Source: Polyangiaceae bacterium (GTDB lineage Bacteria > Myxococcota_A > Polyangia > Polyangiales > Polyangiaceae). From it: a stretch of DNA of 45,014 bases. Every line of letters begins with the position of its first letter. Position 1 is the first letter of the stretch. The stretch covers positions 1-45,014 of the forward strand of contig JANRKO010000057.1 in NCBI GenBank assembly GCA_033763455.1, written 5' to 3'. The position numbers and the translations under genes were made by a program. Positions 19,739-28,977 of this stretch are shown in pieces. Below the pieces are notes generated by a model. It was not told the origin of the DNA. It ran no database searches and was given only the letters and a program-made list of their open reading frames with translations.

Positions 19739-22700
19739 ATGGAACTTGAACGTAAAGTTGGTTTGACCGCACACGGCAAGTCCGTTCAGCTGGATGACAA
19801 GAACACGCGGCGGTCGGTGCTGCTCAAGCTTGCAGCCCTCGGCTTCGAGGTGCCCGAACAGACAGGTGACGAGGACCTCTTGGTGCTCGCCCGAGACCTT
19901 TTCGCACGATACCGTGAACAGACGCGCCTCCTCAGCGAACACTTGTGTCCGGCGGATCGGCGCATTCAAGATTTTCTGAACGCTCAGCTGGCGCCGCTGG
20001 GCCCGAATGAAATGGTGCGCTTGCCCGCTGAGACACTCATCCTGGATCGTTACGGCCTTGCCCGGCACCTGAGCCTGCCGGACGGTGGGGACGAGTGGCA
20101 CAACGACGTGGTGAGCAGCTACCGTTTGGCCAACGGGGTCATGCATAACCCCACCAATGATCGCCGCACTACCGCCGGTGTCTTTCATGTGGCGGAGGCG
20201 GGGCTACCCGTGCCAGGTGATAAGCTGGGTGTGCCGCTCATCGCGTATGCCCGCATGTTACGTGAGGCGTTCAATCCGCCCGCAGAGCTGAATCGGCTGC
20301 CCTTCACGGCTAGCTGGGACGAGCCAGTGCATACGATGGCTTCTCTCATGTTACGCCCGCTGGTGTGCCCCGCGGTGGACGGATTTGTCCCTGAGAAACG
20401 GCTTGAGGTGCGGTTCTTTGTTCCAGGTGGTTGCGTTTCCAATCTCGATTTTATCGAAAGTATTTTTGCCAACGCGGGAGATCCGCATTTGCCGGAGAAC
20501 GACGCAGGGTTGGATGTAGATCATTGGACGGGGCACACCGGCTGCGTGGTTTTGGCGCCACATCTAACGCGTCTGAAGAAAAAGGAGCTCGGTTTGCCTC
20601 ACGTGAGCGCAGCCTCGGCTCGTCAAAAAGCATCTGGCATGTGCTGGGAGTCGGAAGATGAGCTCTACAATGGCGGCTCTGCTTTCAAGATCACCCTGCG
20701 CAGTGCAGAGGGAGTGATGGTCACCATTTTGGCCGACAATTACTTTGGGTACTGCAAAAAAGAAGTCAAAACGCAGATTAGCTTTAGCGCCAATTTGTAC
20801 GGGTTGGCTGAAGAAGAACATGCGGGTGGCGCCTTGGCGTTTGCCACTTTCAGCATGGGTGATCGCTTCCTACCGGACGCCCGCTTGCTCAGCACGGATC
20901 ATCGCTTCTCGGACGTACTGGAGCTTCTAAAAGACGGCGTGGAGTTGCACGATTCCGGCTACGCAACAGACGTGGTTTATCCAGAAATCCACTATCTGCC
21001 CGAAGATATGTCGATCGATTTGAAGCAGCAGGATGTCAGCTGGACCAGCAAAGGCGAAGAGCAGCACCTCAAGCTTTTACCCGATCACATTTACATCCAC
21101 CCGAGCGGTTACAAGATCCGGATGGAGAAGCACCCCGCGGCGCCAAGCTGGCGTCTGATTGGCACCGCCCCCGAGGGAACATTCTGCCACAAGCCGTGTA
21201 CGGTATCCGGCGGCGGCAAGTCGGAAATTAGCAAGAGCCTGGTAGATGCCGTGATCTTTGGTCCAATTTATGTCGGCCACTACGAGCAAGAGATGGCGCT
21301 CGTGGATGAGATCTTTAAAAAGGATTACAGCCAGGTGTTCCGCACGCATGGGCGGCGTGATGGGGGCAGTGGAGAGCGTCCGCTTCTATCTTTAGATCGA
21401 TCGCTCGGTTCGGTGGTGAAGCTGCTCACGCCCAACGATGACGTTTTTACTGATGAATATAACACCTGGCTGCGCTCGATCCCGAATCACGTGCGAGCGA
21501 TGGTGTTCATTATTAAGCGCTTCTATCGAACTGATTGGGGCGAGGATTGGCGTCGCCACTTCAGCGTGGATTTTATCAATGGCGCCGAAGGGCATGAGCT
21601 GCGTTACGACGGTCGAAAGCTGGTGGGCTCGTATTTGCGGGTTGGTGTTGGGAAAAATGGCGCATGGCGCACGTACAAGCTACGGCAGGATTTCGTGGCA
21701 GCCGATAAAGTTCAGATGGAAGACGATATCTCAGCCTCCATCGTGGTATCGGCGAGCAAGCTTTTAGGGTTACCAAAAGAGTATGATGGCCACCCGAGCT
21801 TGAAGATTGTTGAGAACTGCGAGTGGCGGTTGTTTCAACGCCCGGACGATGCGATTCACCCAGGTGTCGATCAGCAGGCTGAGCTCGATATGTCCGGCGA
21901 GGGGCTCTTCGTTTCTAACTTCCAACCGCTTCGCCCAGCGGATGTGCGCAAAATCGCAGAAGATGTTTCGCTGCACGATGCCTTTACCCAGCCCATGCGC
22001 AAGCACATCGTGCGTTCGCTGAAGCTGAAAGCGCCATTTAGTGTGTGTTCAGCCAAGCCGCGGCTCGTGGGTGGAAAGCCCACCAAAAATCCTCGCTACT
22101 TGCAGGTACGACCAGATGTAGTGAAGCCCAGGGATCGCTACGTGGCCCACATGGGCGCGCGCTTGTATCGACGGATCCCACTTGAAAAGCCTGTCGTTTT
22201 CCCCGTCATTAGTGTGCTTTCCGGGCGCCGCAATAATCCCCCCGAAGACGGTATTCGACCGCTTTCTGTGTACAGCCCCATCCACTACCAAGAGCTACCC
22301 GAGCTCTTTATGGATTACATCTGTTCGCTCACCGGCAAGTCTCCGAGCACCACAGGCGTAGGTTCCGAAGGCGCGCTCACCAAAGGCCCGTTCAACGCCA
22401 TCAGCGCAACAGCAGATCTGAATAACGCCTTGGTTTCCATGCTGCTCACGGGCTACGCAGGCTTTAGCTCGGCGGCTGGCTACATCGGCACCGACTACAA
22501 GATGGAGCACGACGTGAGCCTGCTCATTCCGGAAATCTGGTGTCGCTTGTTTCCGCACGAGCGCGATCCCAAGCGCATGTTGGAAGCTGGCTACTTGGAG
22601 CCCCTTTTGGACTACGAATTTGAAGGCAAGCCAGTTCTTGCGAGCCGCCTCGGGTACCGAATCACCAGCAAATTCATCCGCACGTTTTTCGGGCGCGTCT

Positions 22701-23260
22701 TCGACAACCCCACAGCCGTGTTCAACGACGAAATTCTAAAGCCCGAAACCCAAGATCCTGCCGTTTTTGCGGATGGCATGCGGAACATCACTGAGGCCCA
22801 AGAGCGCGTAGCTCGTACCTATTTTGAAGATGGATCCGTCAAAGATGCTTGCCCGCCCATCGCTGCGTTGCTCCACATCATGGCCTACGGTCAGTGGGAA
22901 GGGAAAGACGCCCATCATCCCGAGGTGCGCGCCATGTTCACGCGCGAGGCGATGCTGAATAGTGAGTGGTATCGGGCGCGGCTCCTGATCAAACAGCAAA
23001 GGGATATTCTACTTTGGGAGCGCCATGTCGCGTACCTCTCGGATTTCCTCGCACTGCCAAGCCATCGCGCCGAAGCCGAACGGCTTGGTGTGCCCGAGCG
23101 CCTGGAGCAAGCAAAGAGAGAGCTTCAACGAGTTCGGGATAAATCCTACCGAGAGGAGCTCTTCGGCACAATCGGGGCTGATCCGGTGCATGGCGGCGTG
23201 GAGAAAATCGAAGCCATTGGCCGTGGTGATGCTCGCGCTTCAGCTCAGAACATGAATTGA
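19739..23260 (+). CDS. Probable PPi-dependent phosphoenolpyruvate carboxykinase (PPi-PEPCK)
   Basis: 1173 aa. GVMHNPTNDRRTT, DNYFGYCKKEVK, AEEEHAGG, CHKPCTVSGGGKSEISK, EWRLFQRPDDA and GKSPSTTG match my recollection of the Entamoeba/Propionibacterium PPi-PEPCK family. GGAGG RBS before ATG 19739. Confidence 0.82.
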   Translation: MELERKVGLTAHGKSVQLDDKNTRRSVLLKLAALGFEVPEQTGDEDLLVLARDLFARYREQTRLLSEHLCPADRRIQDFLNAQLAPLGPNEMVRLPAETLILDRYGLARHLSLPDGGDEWHNDVVSSYRLANGVMHNPTNDRRTTAGVFHVAEAGLPVPGDKLGVPLIAYARMLREAFNPPAELNRLPFTASWDEPVHTMASLMLRPLVCPAVDGFVPEKRLEVRFFVPGGCVSNLDFIESIFANAGDPHLPENDAGLDVDHWTGHTGCVVLAPHLTRLKKKELGLPHVSAASARQKASGMCWESEDELYNGGSAFKITLRSAEGVMVTILADNYFGYCKKEVKTQISFSANLYGLAEEEHAGGALAFATFSMGDRFLPDARLLSTDHRFSDVLELLKDGVELHDSGYATDVVYPEIHYLPEDMSIDLKQQDVSWTSKGEEQHLKLLPDHIYIHPSGYKIRMEKHPAAPSWRLIGTAPEGTFCHKPCTVSGGGKSEISKSLVDAVIFGPIYVGHYEQEMALVDEIFKKDYSQVFRTHGRRDGGSGERPLLSLDRSLGSVVKLLTPNDDVFTDEYNTWLRSIPNHVRAMVFIIKRFYRTDWGEDWRRHFSVDFINGAEGHELRYDGRKLVGSYLRVGVGKNGAWRTYKLRQDFVAADKVQMEDDISASIVVSASKLLGLPKEYDGHPSLKIVENCEWRLFQRPDDAIHPGVDQQAELDMSGEGLFVSNFQPLRPADVRKIAEDVSLHDAFTQPMRKHIVRSLKLKAPFSVCSAKPRLVGGKPTKNPRYLQVRPDVVKPRDRYVAHMGARLYRRIPLEKPVVFPVISVLSGRRNNPPEDGIRPLSVYSPIHYQELPELFMDYICSLTGKSPSTTGVGSEGALTKGPFNAISATADLNNALVSMLLTGYAGFSSAAGYIGTDYKMEHDVSLLIPEIWCRLFPHERDPKRMLEAGYLEPLLDYEFEGKPVLASRLGYRITSKFIRTFFGRVFDNPTAVFNDEILKPETQDPAVFADGMRNITEAQERVARTYFEDGSVKDACPPIAALLHIMAYGQWEGKDAHHPEVRAMFTREAMLNSEWYRARLLIKQQRDILLWERHVAYLSDFLALPSHRAEAERLGVPERLEQAKRELQRVRDKSYREELFGTIGADPVHGGVEKIEAIGRGDARASAQNMN

Positions 23261-23286
23261 GCAGAAACACGACCTTTTTGCGATGT

Positions 23287-24360
23287 TCACGCGGCGTTCG
23301 TGCGTGTTTTGCGCTGGCGTTCTTGGCTCGCGCTAGCGAGCTCTCGGAGTACTTGTTCGGTGGTAGAGAAGTTGATGCAACCGTCGGTCACACTTTGGCC
23401 GTAGGTGAGCCCTTTCCCATTGCCAATCGCCTGCGTGCCTTCCACCAGATGGCTTTCCAAGAGTACGCCCATTACCTCCGAAGAGCCGTCCGCAACTTGC
23501 TGCGCAATGTCCTTTGCTACCGCTGGTTGCCGCCGGTAATCCTTCTCGCTATTGCCGTGGCTAGCGTCGATGAGCACGCGCGGCACTAAGCCTTTTGCCC
23601 TGAGCGCCTGGGCCGCACCGAGCACGTGGTCGCGGCTGTAGTTGGGCCCACTGTTACCCCCGCGCAACACTAAGTGCCCGTCCGCGTTTCCACGCGCATG
23701 CACGATCGCAACTCGGCCGTCACGATCCAGCCCCAAGAACCGATGCGGGTGAGCTGCGGAAAGCATACCGTTGATGGCCACCGAAAGGCTGCCATCCGTT
23801 GCATTCTTGAACCCAACCGGCATCGAAAGGCCACTGGCCATTTCACGGTGCGTTTGGCTTTCCGTGGTTCGCGCACCAATGGCCACCCAGCTGATGGCAT
23901 CCGCCAAATATTGCGGCGTTACCGGATCGAGCATTTCCGTTGCGATGGGCAAGCCGAGCGCGGTGATATCCAGCAAGAGCTTTCTCCCAATGCGTAGCCC
24001 ATGCTCAATATCGCAGCTTTCATCCATGTGCGGATCATTGATGAGCCCCTTCCAACCAAGCGCCGTTCTAGGTTTCTCAAAGTAGACCCGCATCACCACC
24101 AGCAGATCCTCTGAAAGCTCCTGCTCCAGTTGCTTCAGGCGCGTTGCGTACTCGAGGGCAGAGGCGGGGTCATGAATCGAGCACGGGCCCACAATTGCGA
24201 TTAGCCGTCCATCTTTGCCGTGCAAAACAGAACGGATTTGCTCGCGAGCCCGCAGCACGTGGTTGGCTAAGTCTTCTGCCAGGGGAAGTTCGCCAAGAAG
24301 TGCGCGGGGAGCCAAAAGTGAGGTCATTTGCGTTACGTTGAGATCGGAGGTTGTGGTCAT
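23287..24360 (-). CDS. 3-deoxy-D-arabino-heptulosonate 7-phosphate (DAHP) synthase, class I-alpha (AroF/G/H family)
   Basis: GPCSIHD, MRVYFEKPRT, GWKGLINDP, IGARTTESQTHRE, DASHGNS and YGQSVTDGC. Start at ATG 24360, downstream of the attenuator. The specific paralogue cannot be assigned. Confidence 0.96.
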   Translation of the reverse strand: MTTTSDLNVTQMTSLLAPRALLGELPLAEDLANHVLRAREQIRSVLHGKDGRLIAIVGPCSIHDPASALEYATRLKQLEQELSEDLLVVMRVYFEKPRTALGWKGLINDPHMDESCDIEHGLRIGRKLLLDITALGLPIATEMLDPVTPQYLADAISWVAIGARTTESQTHREMASGLSMPVGFKNATDGSLSVAINGMLSAAHPHRFLGLDRDGRVAIVHARGNADGHLVLRGGNSGPNYSRDHVLGAAQALRAKGLVPRVLIDASHGNSEKDYRRQPAVAKDIAQQVADGSSEVMGVLLESHLVEGTQAIGNGKGLTYGQSVTDGCINFSTTEQVLRELASASQERQRKTRTNAA

Positions 24361-24386
24361 GGGGACTGCGATGGGTGGGGCTGAGA

Positions 24387-24423
24387 ACAAAACCAAAAAC
24401 CCCGGTCGTTGTGGCGACCAGGG
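24387..24423 (-). terminator. Attenuator terminator hairpin upstream of DAHP synthase
   Basis: Minus strand CCCUGGUCG-CCACAA-CGACCGGGG (9 bp, one G-U pair) followed by UUUUUGGUUUUG. Confidence 0.85.
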
Positions 24424-24476
24424 CTACGTGTGGACCTAGAAAACGATACGCTCAATAGGTCAGGCCTGGACGCCAC
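24411..24476 (-). promoter_or_regulatory. Antiterminator pairing of the aromatic attenuator
   Basis: GUGGCG-U-CCAGG (24476-24465, inside the leader) is complementary to CCUGG-U-CGCCAC (24422-24411, terminator 5' arm and loop), 11 of 12 positions. Confidence 0.8.
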
Positions 24477-24523
24477 GCCGAAGCGCGCCAATATCCAAAC
24501 CAAAATTGAAAGCGACCGTTCAC
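24452..24523 (-). CDS. Aromatic amino acid-rich leader peptide MNGRFQFWFGYWRASAWRPGLTY
   Basis: GTG..TGA, 23 aa with 3 Phe, 3 Trp and 2 Tyr, directly upstream of the terminator and the DAHP synthase. An in-frame TTG at 24532 would add two more Phe. Confidence 0.85.
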   Translation of the reverse strand: MNGRFQFWFGYWRASAWRPGLTY

Positions 24524-24960
24524 GAAAAACAATATGGCAGACCAGCCGCGGGAGGGCAAGCATCACCCCGGACGTACGGAAAGCTCACACCGGCGCCCGC
24601 GCTGGGTCCGGCCACAGACCGGGGAGATCCGAACGCCGAAGCCGCACACCGGTGCGACGAGGTGCACTCCGTGGGGTTCCAGGCCGTTGCCGGGGGCAGC
24701 TTCGCAGCGTGTGGAAGATGCTTGTCATGACAAGTATCTGTTCATAGCGCGCAATCAGGCTTTCTCTTGACCCACTGGTTTGAAATTTGTTCTGTCGCCG
24801 GAAGCCACACCTTCGGCGGGCTGGGATCGCACCGTTTGGCGTGGGCTACGCTCTGATAAGGGTGCCCCTTGTGCTACCTTGCGCCGAACCTCGGGCTCGG
24901 CTTGGCTCCTTTCCAAAGCTCTTTAGAGGCTCGTTACCAAGTACCGCGGAGACGCCGCCA

Positions 24961-25938
24961 ATGATCACCCGCTCCATCCTTCTTACCGCAATCACTCTGT
25001 TAGCCCTCACGTCGACGGCTGGTGCTCACATTCAGCTGGTCGAGCCGAAGGCGAGGATCCCAAATGATCCTGGGATAAAGATGGGTCCTTGCGGCGGGGC
25101 GGTGTGGGGCGCAAACGGAACCACAACGTTCGCTCCTGGGCAGCAGATCACGCTCAAGATTGTCGAAACCATATCTCACGACGGTGCTTTTCGTGTTGCG
25201 ATGGACTTGGATGGCGACAACGACTTCACGCCAATGGTGAACAGTCAGGTCTTCGCGGACTTTCAGACATTCTTCGGTGGTGGAACTCCGGCAAATCAAC
25301 TCCCTGCGGAGGTGACGACATCCGTAACGGAGGGCAACATGCTCGTGCTCCGTAACTTTTACGGCTCTCACCCAGGAGGCGCCTGCCCTAGTGGCGTAAT
25401 GGAGTCCACTAACGGGGAGGAGGGCTGCGTCTGGAATATCAGCGTCACGCTTCCCACACAGCACTGTGAGACTTGTACACTCCAGGTAATCCAGATGATG
25501 TCAGAACCGGGCCGCGCTTACGGTAACGGCTTCTATTATCATTGTGCAGACATCAAGATCACAGGAGAGCCCACGGACAACACGGGCGGCGCCGGCAATA
25601 CTGGAGGTAGTTCCGCGAGTGCAGGCGGAGCGGCCAGCGGTGGCAACTCCAACGGCTCTGGAGGCGTCGCGTCTTCAGCAGGTGGGGCTGCAAGCGCTAC
25701 TGGAGGCAAGAGTACCGGTGGTGCTGGCCCCATCGCTTCGGGGTCGGGCGGAGCCAAGAGCATGACCACCGGTGGCGCACCTGTAGCCGGAACTGCCTCA
25801 CCGCAAGGCGCGGGCACCGAAGAGGATTCTGGCTGCGGAATCGCAGGGCGCGCATCCTCAAAGTGGGCCTGGCTGGCACCCCTTGGGCTAGCCGCTTTGC
25901 TTGCACGGCGAGCGCGGGCGAAGAAACATCTGAGCTAG
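24961..25938 (+). CDS. Secreted LPMO-like His-brace protein (SCE4755-like) with MYXO-CTERM sorting signal
   Basis: Signal peptide ...TAGA|H leaves His1. KMGPCG, ISHDGAFR, CETCTLQVIQ and YYHCADI follow, then a Gly/Ser/Thr/Ala linker and the C-terminus SGCGIAG..WAWLAPLGLAALLARRAR. Confidence 0.8.
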   Translation: MITRSILLTAITLLALTSTAGAHIQLVEPKARIPNDPGIKMGPCGGAVWGANGTTTFAPGQQITLKIVETISHDGAFRVAMDLDGDNDFTPMVNSQVFADFQTFFGGGTPANQLPAEVTTSVTEGNMLVLRNFYGSHPGGACPSGVMESTNGEEGCVWNISVTLPTQHCETCTLQVIQMMSEPGRAYGNGFYYHCADIKITGEPTDNTGGAGNTGGSSASAGGAASGGNSNGSGGVASSAGGAASATGGKSTGGAGPIASGSGGAKSMTTGGAPVAGTASPQGAGTEEDSGCGIAGRASSKWAWLAPLGLAALLARRARAKKHLS

Positions 25939-26004
25939 GTTTAGTGAGTGGATCGTCGAACTTTTCGAGGCAACTTGGAATGCACCTTCCTCCACATCAG
26001 AGCT

Positions 26005-26541
26005 TTAACCAACCCCCTCCGCGATCGGGTTTTGGTACACAACGTCCATTGAAAGGCTGATGCCGAGCGATTTTAGCTCGATCGACTGACCGCGGCGTGC
26101 CTCCCAGATTTCCCATTGGCCGCTCTCGCCTCGCCGTTGCACTTCAATCCGGGGCTCATCTTGCGCTAGAAAAACGAGCTCTTTGAGGGAAGCCAATTGC
26201 CGATAGTGCGCAGACTTGGTGCCCCGATCGTATCCCTCCGTCGATTCAGAGAGCACTTCCACTATCACCACAGGATTGGTGATGGCATGCTTGCTTTCAG
26301 GTGCCGTCTTTAATTCTCCGCAGACAACGCTCACATCTGGATAGGTGTGAAGAGCTGTTGCATCAATGTAGATGGCCGCGTCTGAAGAAAATACTCGGCA
26401 GGGTTTGCCACGAAGAGCGACACCAAGCTCCCGCATAAGCGCGGCGGCCAAAGCCGCATGCTCTGGAGTGCCCCCAGCCACAGCAAAGACCTCGCCCCGC
26501 AAGAATTCATGCTTTTCGGTCGCCCTTTGCTCAAACTCCAC
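26005..26541 (-). CDS. Uma2 (DUF820) family PD-(D/E)xK endonuclease-like protein, possibly N-terminally truncated
   Basis: KHEFLRGEVFAVAGGTPEH, YPDVSVVCG and NPVVIVEVLSESTEGYDRGTK. Confidence 0.85.
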   Translation of the reverse strand: MEFEQRATEKHEFLRGEVFAVAGGTPEHAALAAALMRELGVALRGKPCRVFSSDAAIYIDATALHTYPDVSVVCGELKTAPESKHAITNPVVIVEVLSESTEGYDRGTKSAHYRQLASLKELVFLAQDEPRIEVQRRGESGQWEIWEARRGQSIELKSLGISLSMDVVYQNPIAEGVG

Positions 26542-26626
26542 GAATTCGCGGTAGCTCAGCTACGAGTGAGCTCTCGCAAGTACTGAGAATAAGCAAGAAG
26601 CGCTGAACGGCTTCTGCGCCGGTGCC

Positions 26627-27070
26627 TCACATTTTCTGACTATGGCAACACGCTATTGGTGGGGCCAATAGGCAGCTCTTTTCCGTAGCAGTTCGCCACG
26701 TGGCTCGCGTGCAGCGAGAGGAACAGCTTGAAATGGATAAGCCGAGGGCGTCGTTCCCTTTTGCGTCCATTGATTCCAGGCTCTCGTCGGTAGCTTCGCC
26801 GGGAGCTTGGGTGTCGGCGCAGCAACTCTTCACCTCGCACACTGTGCAAGCGCATAGCTTGGAAGCCGTGATGCTTTGCCCAGGGGGCCAGGCGGGTGGC
26901 TTGAATTCGGCGCCCTGGGTAGAAGGCACTCCCGCTTGGCAGCCGAGTGCGAGCAAGGCCACAACAAGTACGGGGAGCCGGGCAGCCCGAACATCCTGAC
27001 GACAGAGCACGCTTGAATTACACGCCAAAGAGCGTGCCCTTGGGTGCTTCGCAACAATAGCTTTCCTCAC
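26627..27070 (-). CDS. Small Cys-rich putative lipoprotein
   Basis: Hydrophobic stretch with lipobox LALG-C and ten further Cys (CACTVCEVKSCC...CSSRC...C...CC). The true start is probably downstream of 27070. Confidence 0.55.
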   Translation of the reverse strand: MRKAIVAKHPRARSLACNSSVLCRQDVRAARLPVLVVALLALGCQAGVPSTQGAEFKPPAWPPGQSITASKLCACTVCEVKSCCADTQAPGEATDESLESMDAKGNDALGLSISSCSSRCTRATWRTATEKSCLLAPPIACCHSQKM

Positions 27071-27118
27071 ATGAGGTCACCCGTGGTGGGTACGCGCGAG
27101 CAACCAATGTGGTTTGAA

Positions 27119-28855
27119 TCATTGGGCGTTCGATTCCGTAACGCGCTGCGCATCCAGAATACGATACGCTGCCCAATGCACGGGCGCGTTTTTCGCGGCC
27201 AGGCGATCGACAAAAGCAAGCCAGGCGGCTTGTGGTGGGGAAGAGAAACGAGAGACTAGCTGGAGCTGCAACATCTTTCGTGATGCGTCCGGTTCCCCAA
27301 GGGCGGCCTGCCTAACTTGTTGCACCAAGGCCTCAGGGTAACGCTCCACCGGACGACCCGCAGCGTTAGTTTCTACAACCAGCAGCGTCGGTGGGCGTCC
27401 TCGGACGGCTTGCTCAAGAAATAGGTGCGGGTAGGTCCAGCTGGCGTCGACTCCTTGCAAGCCTCCGTATACCTCGGGCGCAGAGGCCAAATCTTGCACC
27501 ACGCGCTGGGGCCGCTCCCGCCGAACCAGCTCAAGCAACGCCTCCACGCTAGCTGCGCGCTTATCATTCCACAGCGTTGGGTACCAGAAGAACGGCCTTA
27601 CAAGGAACGCTCCGGCCAGGGTAGCGGCTGCGGCAATCGTCCAAAATCTGCCAGGAGCCCAGTGCTCACGCGTGCGATTTGTTCCGAGCACCACTGCCGA
27701 CATGAGACCAAGCAAGCATAGGTCGAGCGCTAACTGCCCCCACGCGCCGTAGCGCCCCAACACAATGGCTATGGCGCTCACCAGCATGGAATGAACAAAC
27801 AAGCGTCGGAACTCAGGTGCTGATTGCACCCATAGGCTGACGCCTAGAGCAATGAATACGGCGACAACAGGAGCGGTAGGCGTGTAGTTGCGCGCATTGA
27901 CGGCGGCCACGGCGTGCCCATCAGGCAGACCGAGCCAGCCTTTAGGAAAGACTACCAGCGTATTCAGGAGCAAATAGTGAATGCCGATCGTTCCCACTAA
28001 CAACAACAATGTGAAGCGGTCGTTCTTTGAAGAAAATAGCCTCGGAGCACCAAAAATCCCAACGAAGAGCCAGGGCAATGCTGGCGCGGCTAACACGGCT
28101 GGCAACCCGCTGAGCACGTTGTAACGCAAAACGCCTGAAAGGCCCCAGCTCCGAAAGGAGGCGTAGGAGCTGTGACTAAACCAGAACAGATCGTGAGACG
28201 CTAGAATGCCAGCGCCCACCCAGAGAACAAACGGTAACCCTGCCAAGACTAGCGGGAGCCACCAGCCCCAGCGCCGGATGCTGCTAGCATCGCGTTCGCG
28301 CCAGCAAGCGAGCGCCAGCCACGCGCCGATGAATCCCGTCACCGGCAACATTTCCGCGCGACAAAGTGGCACAAGGCCCGCACAAAGACCGGCCAATGCG
28401 CGCTTTTGGTGCACGAGGCATAACCAAAGCGAGAGCGCGACGAAGAATGCCGCGGGCACTTCGGTCATGGTGACAAAGGCGTCTTTCAATACGGCCATTT
28501 GTGCCGCGAAAAATACCACCGCAAACCAGAGCCCATTCGCCAAATGAGTTGGAACTAACCGTTGGCAGAGCAGTGCGGTAAGGAAGCCCGTTGCCACCGT
28601 TAGCCCGACGCTCACTAGGCGGGCAGCGTGTAGGCCCAGAAGCCCTGCCACACCGTAGAGCAAGCCAGTAAGAGGCTTGTTCCAAACGTCCAGGAGCCAG
28701 GCGCTCACGTTCAAGGTCGAGACTTGCTGGAAGCTGCGGGCGAAGTGCTGGTACGAGTCGTCGTCTAACCGCAAGCCGCTTACCAAGCTCGCGCACGTTA
28801 GCAGTACCAGGAGAACCCCTAGTGCGACGTGTAGCCGAGACTGCTCCGTTAACAA
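27119..28855 (-). CDS. Polytopic membrane protein, probable GT-C glycosyltransferase
   Basis: First TM then LDDDSYQH, WNKPL, MTEVPAA and PLCRAE motifs, about 12 TMs. Confidence 0.68.
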   Translation of the reverse strand: MLTEQSRLHVALGVLLVLLTCASLVSGLRLDDDSYQHFARSFQQVSTLNVSAWLLDVWNKPLTGLLYGVAGLLGLHAARLVSVGLTVATGFLTALLCQRLVPTHLANGLWFAVVFFAAQMAVLKDAFVTMTEVPAAFFVALSLWLCLVHQKRALAGLCAGLVPLCRAEMLPVTGFIGAWLALACWRERDASSIRRWGWWLPLVLAGLPFVLWVGAGILASHDLFWFSHSSYASFRSWGLSGVLRYNVLSGLPAVLAAPALPWLFVGIFGAPRLFSSKNDRFTLLLLVGTIGIHYLLLNTLVVFPKGWLGLPDGHAVAAVNARNYTPTAPVVAVFIALGVSLWVQSAPEFRRLFVHSMLVSAIAIVLGRYGAWGQLALDLCLLGLMSAVVLGTNRTREHWAPGRFWTIAAAATLAGAFLVRPFFWYPTLWNDKRAASVEALLELVRRERPQRVVQDLASAPEVYGGLQGVDASWTYPHLFLEQAVRGRPPTLLVVETNAAGRPVERYPEALVQQVRQAALGEPDASRKMLQLQLVSRFSSPPQAAWLAFVDRLAAKNAPVHWAAYRILDAQRVTESNAQ

Positions 28856-28977
28856 CGGCGCGGAGACTAGAGGAGCCCGCCTATGCCCACAAGAGTACGG
28901 CCCCGCCTGAATTTCGTGACGGGAGAACGCGCTTAGACTACACGCAAAAGAGCACCCCCTTCATTGCCCCCAAAGAA

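Noticed and set aside
24357..24566. 69-aa minus ORF, and the 24396 start for DAHP synthase
   Set aside because: Both run through the terminator/U-tract. The aromatic leader in another frame explains the region better.
24837..24853. Possible sigma-54 promoter (TTGGCGTGGGCTACGCT) before the LPMO-like gene
   Set aside because: GG-N10-GC spacing is correct, but the -12 element is a poor match
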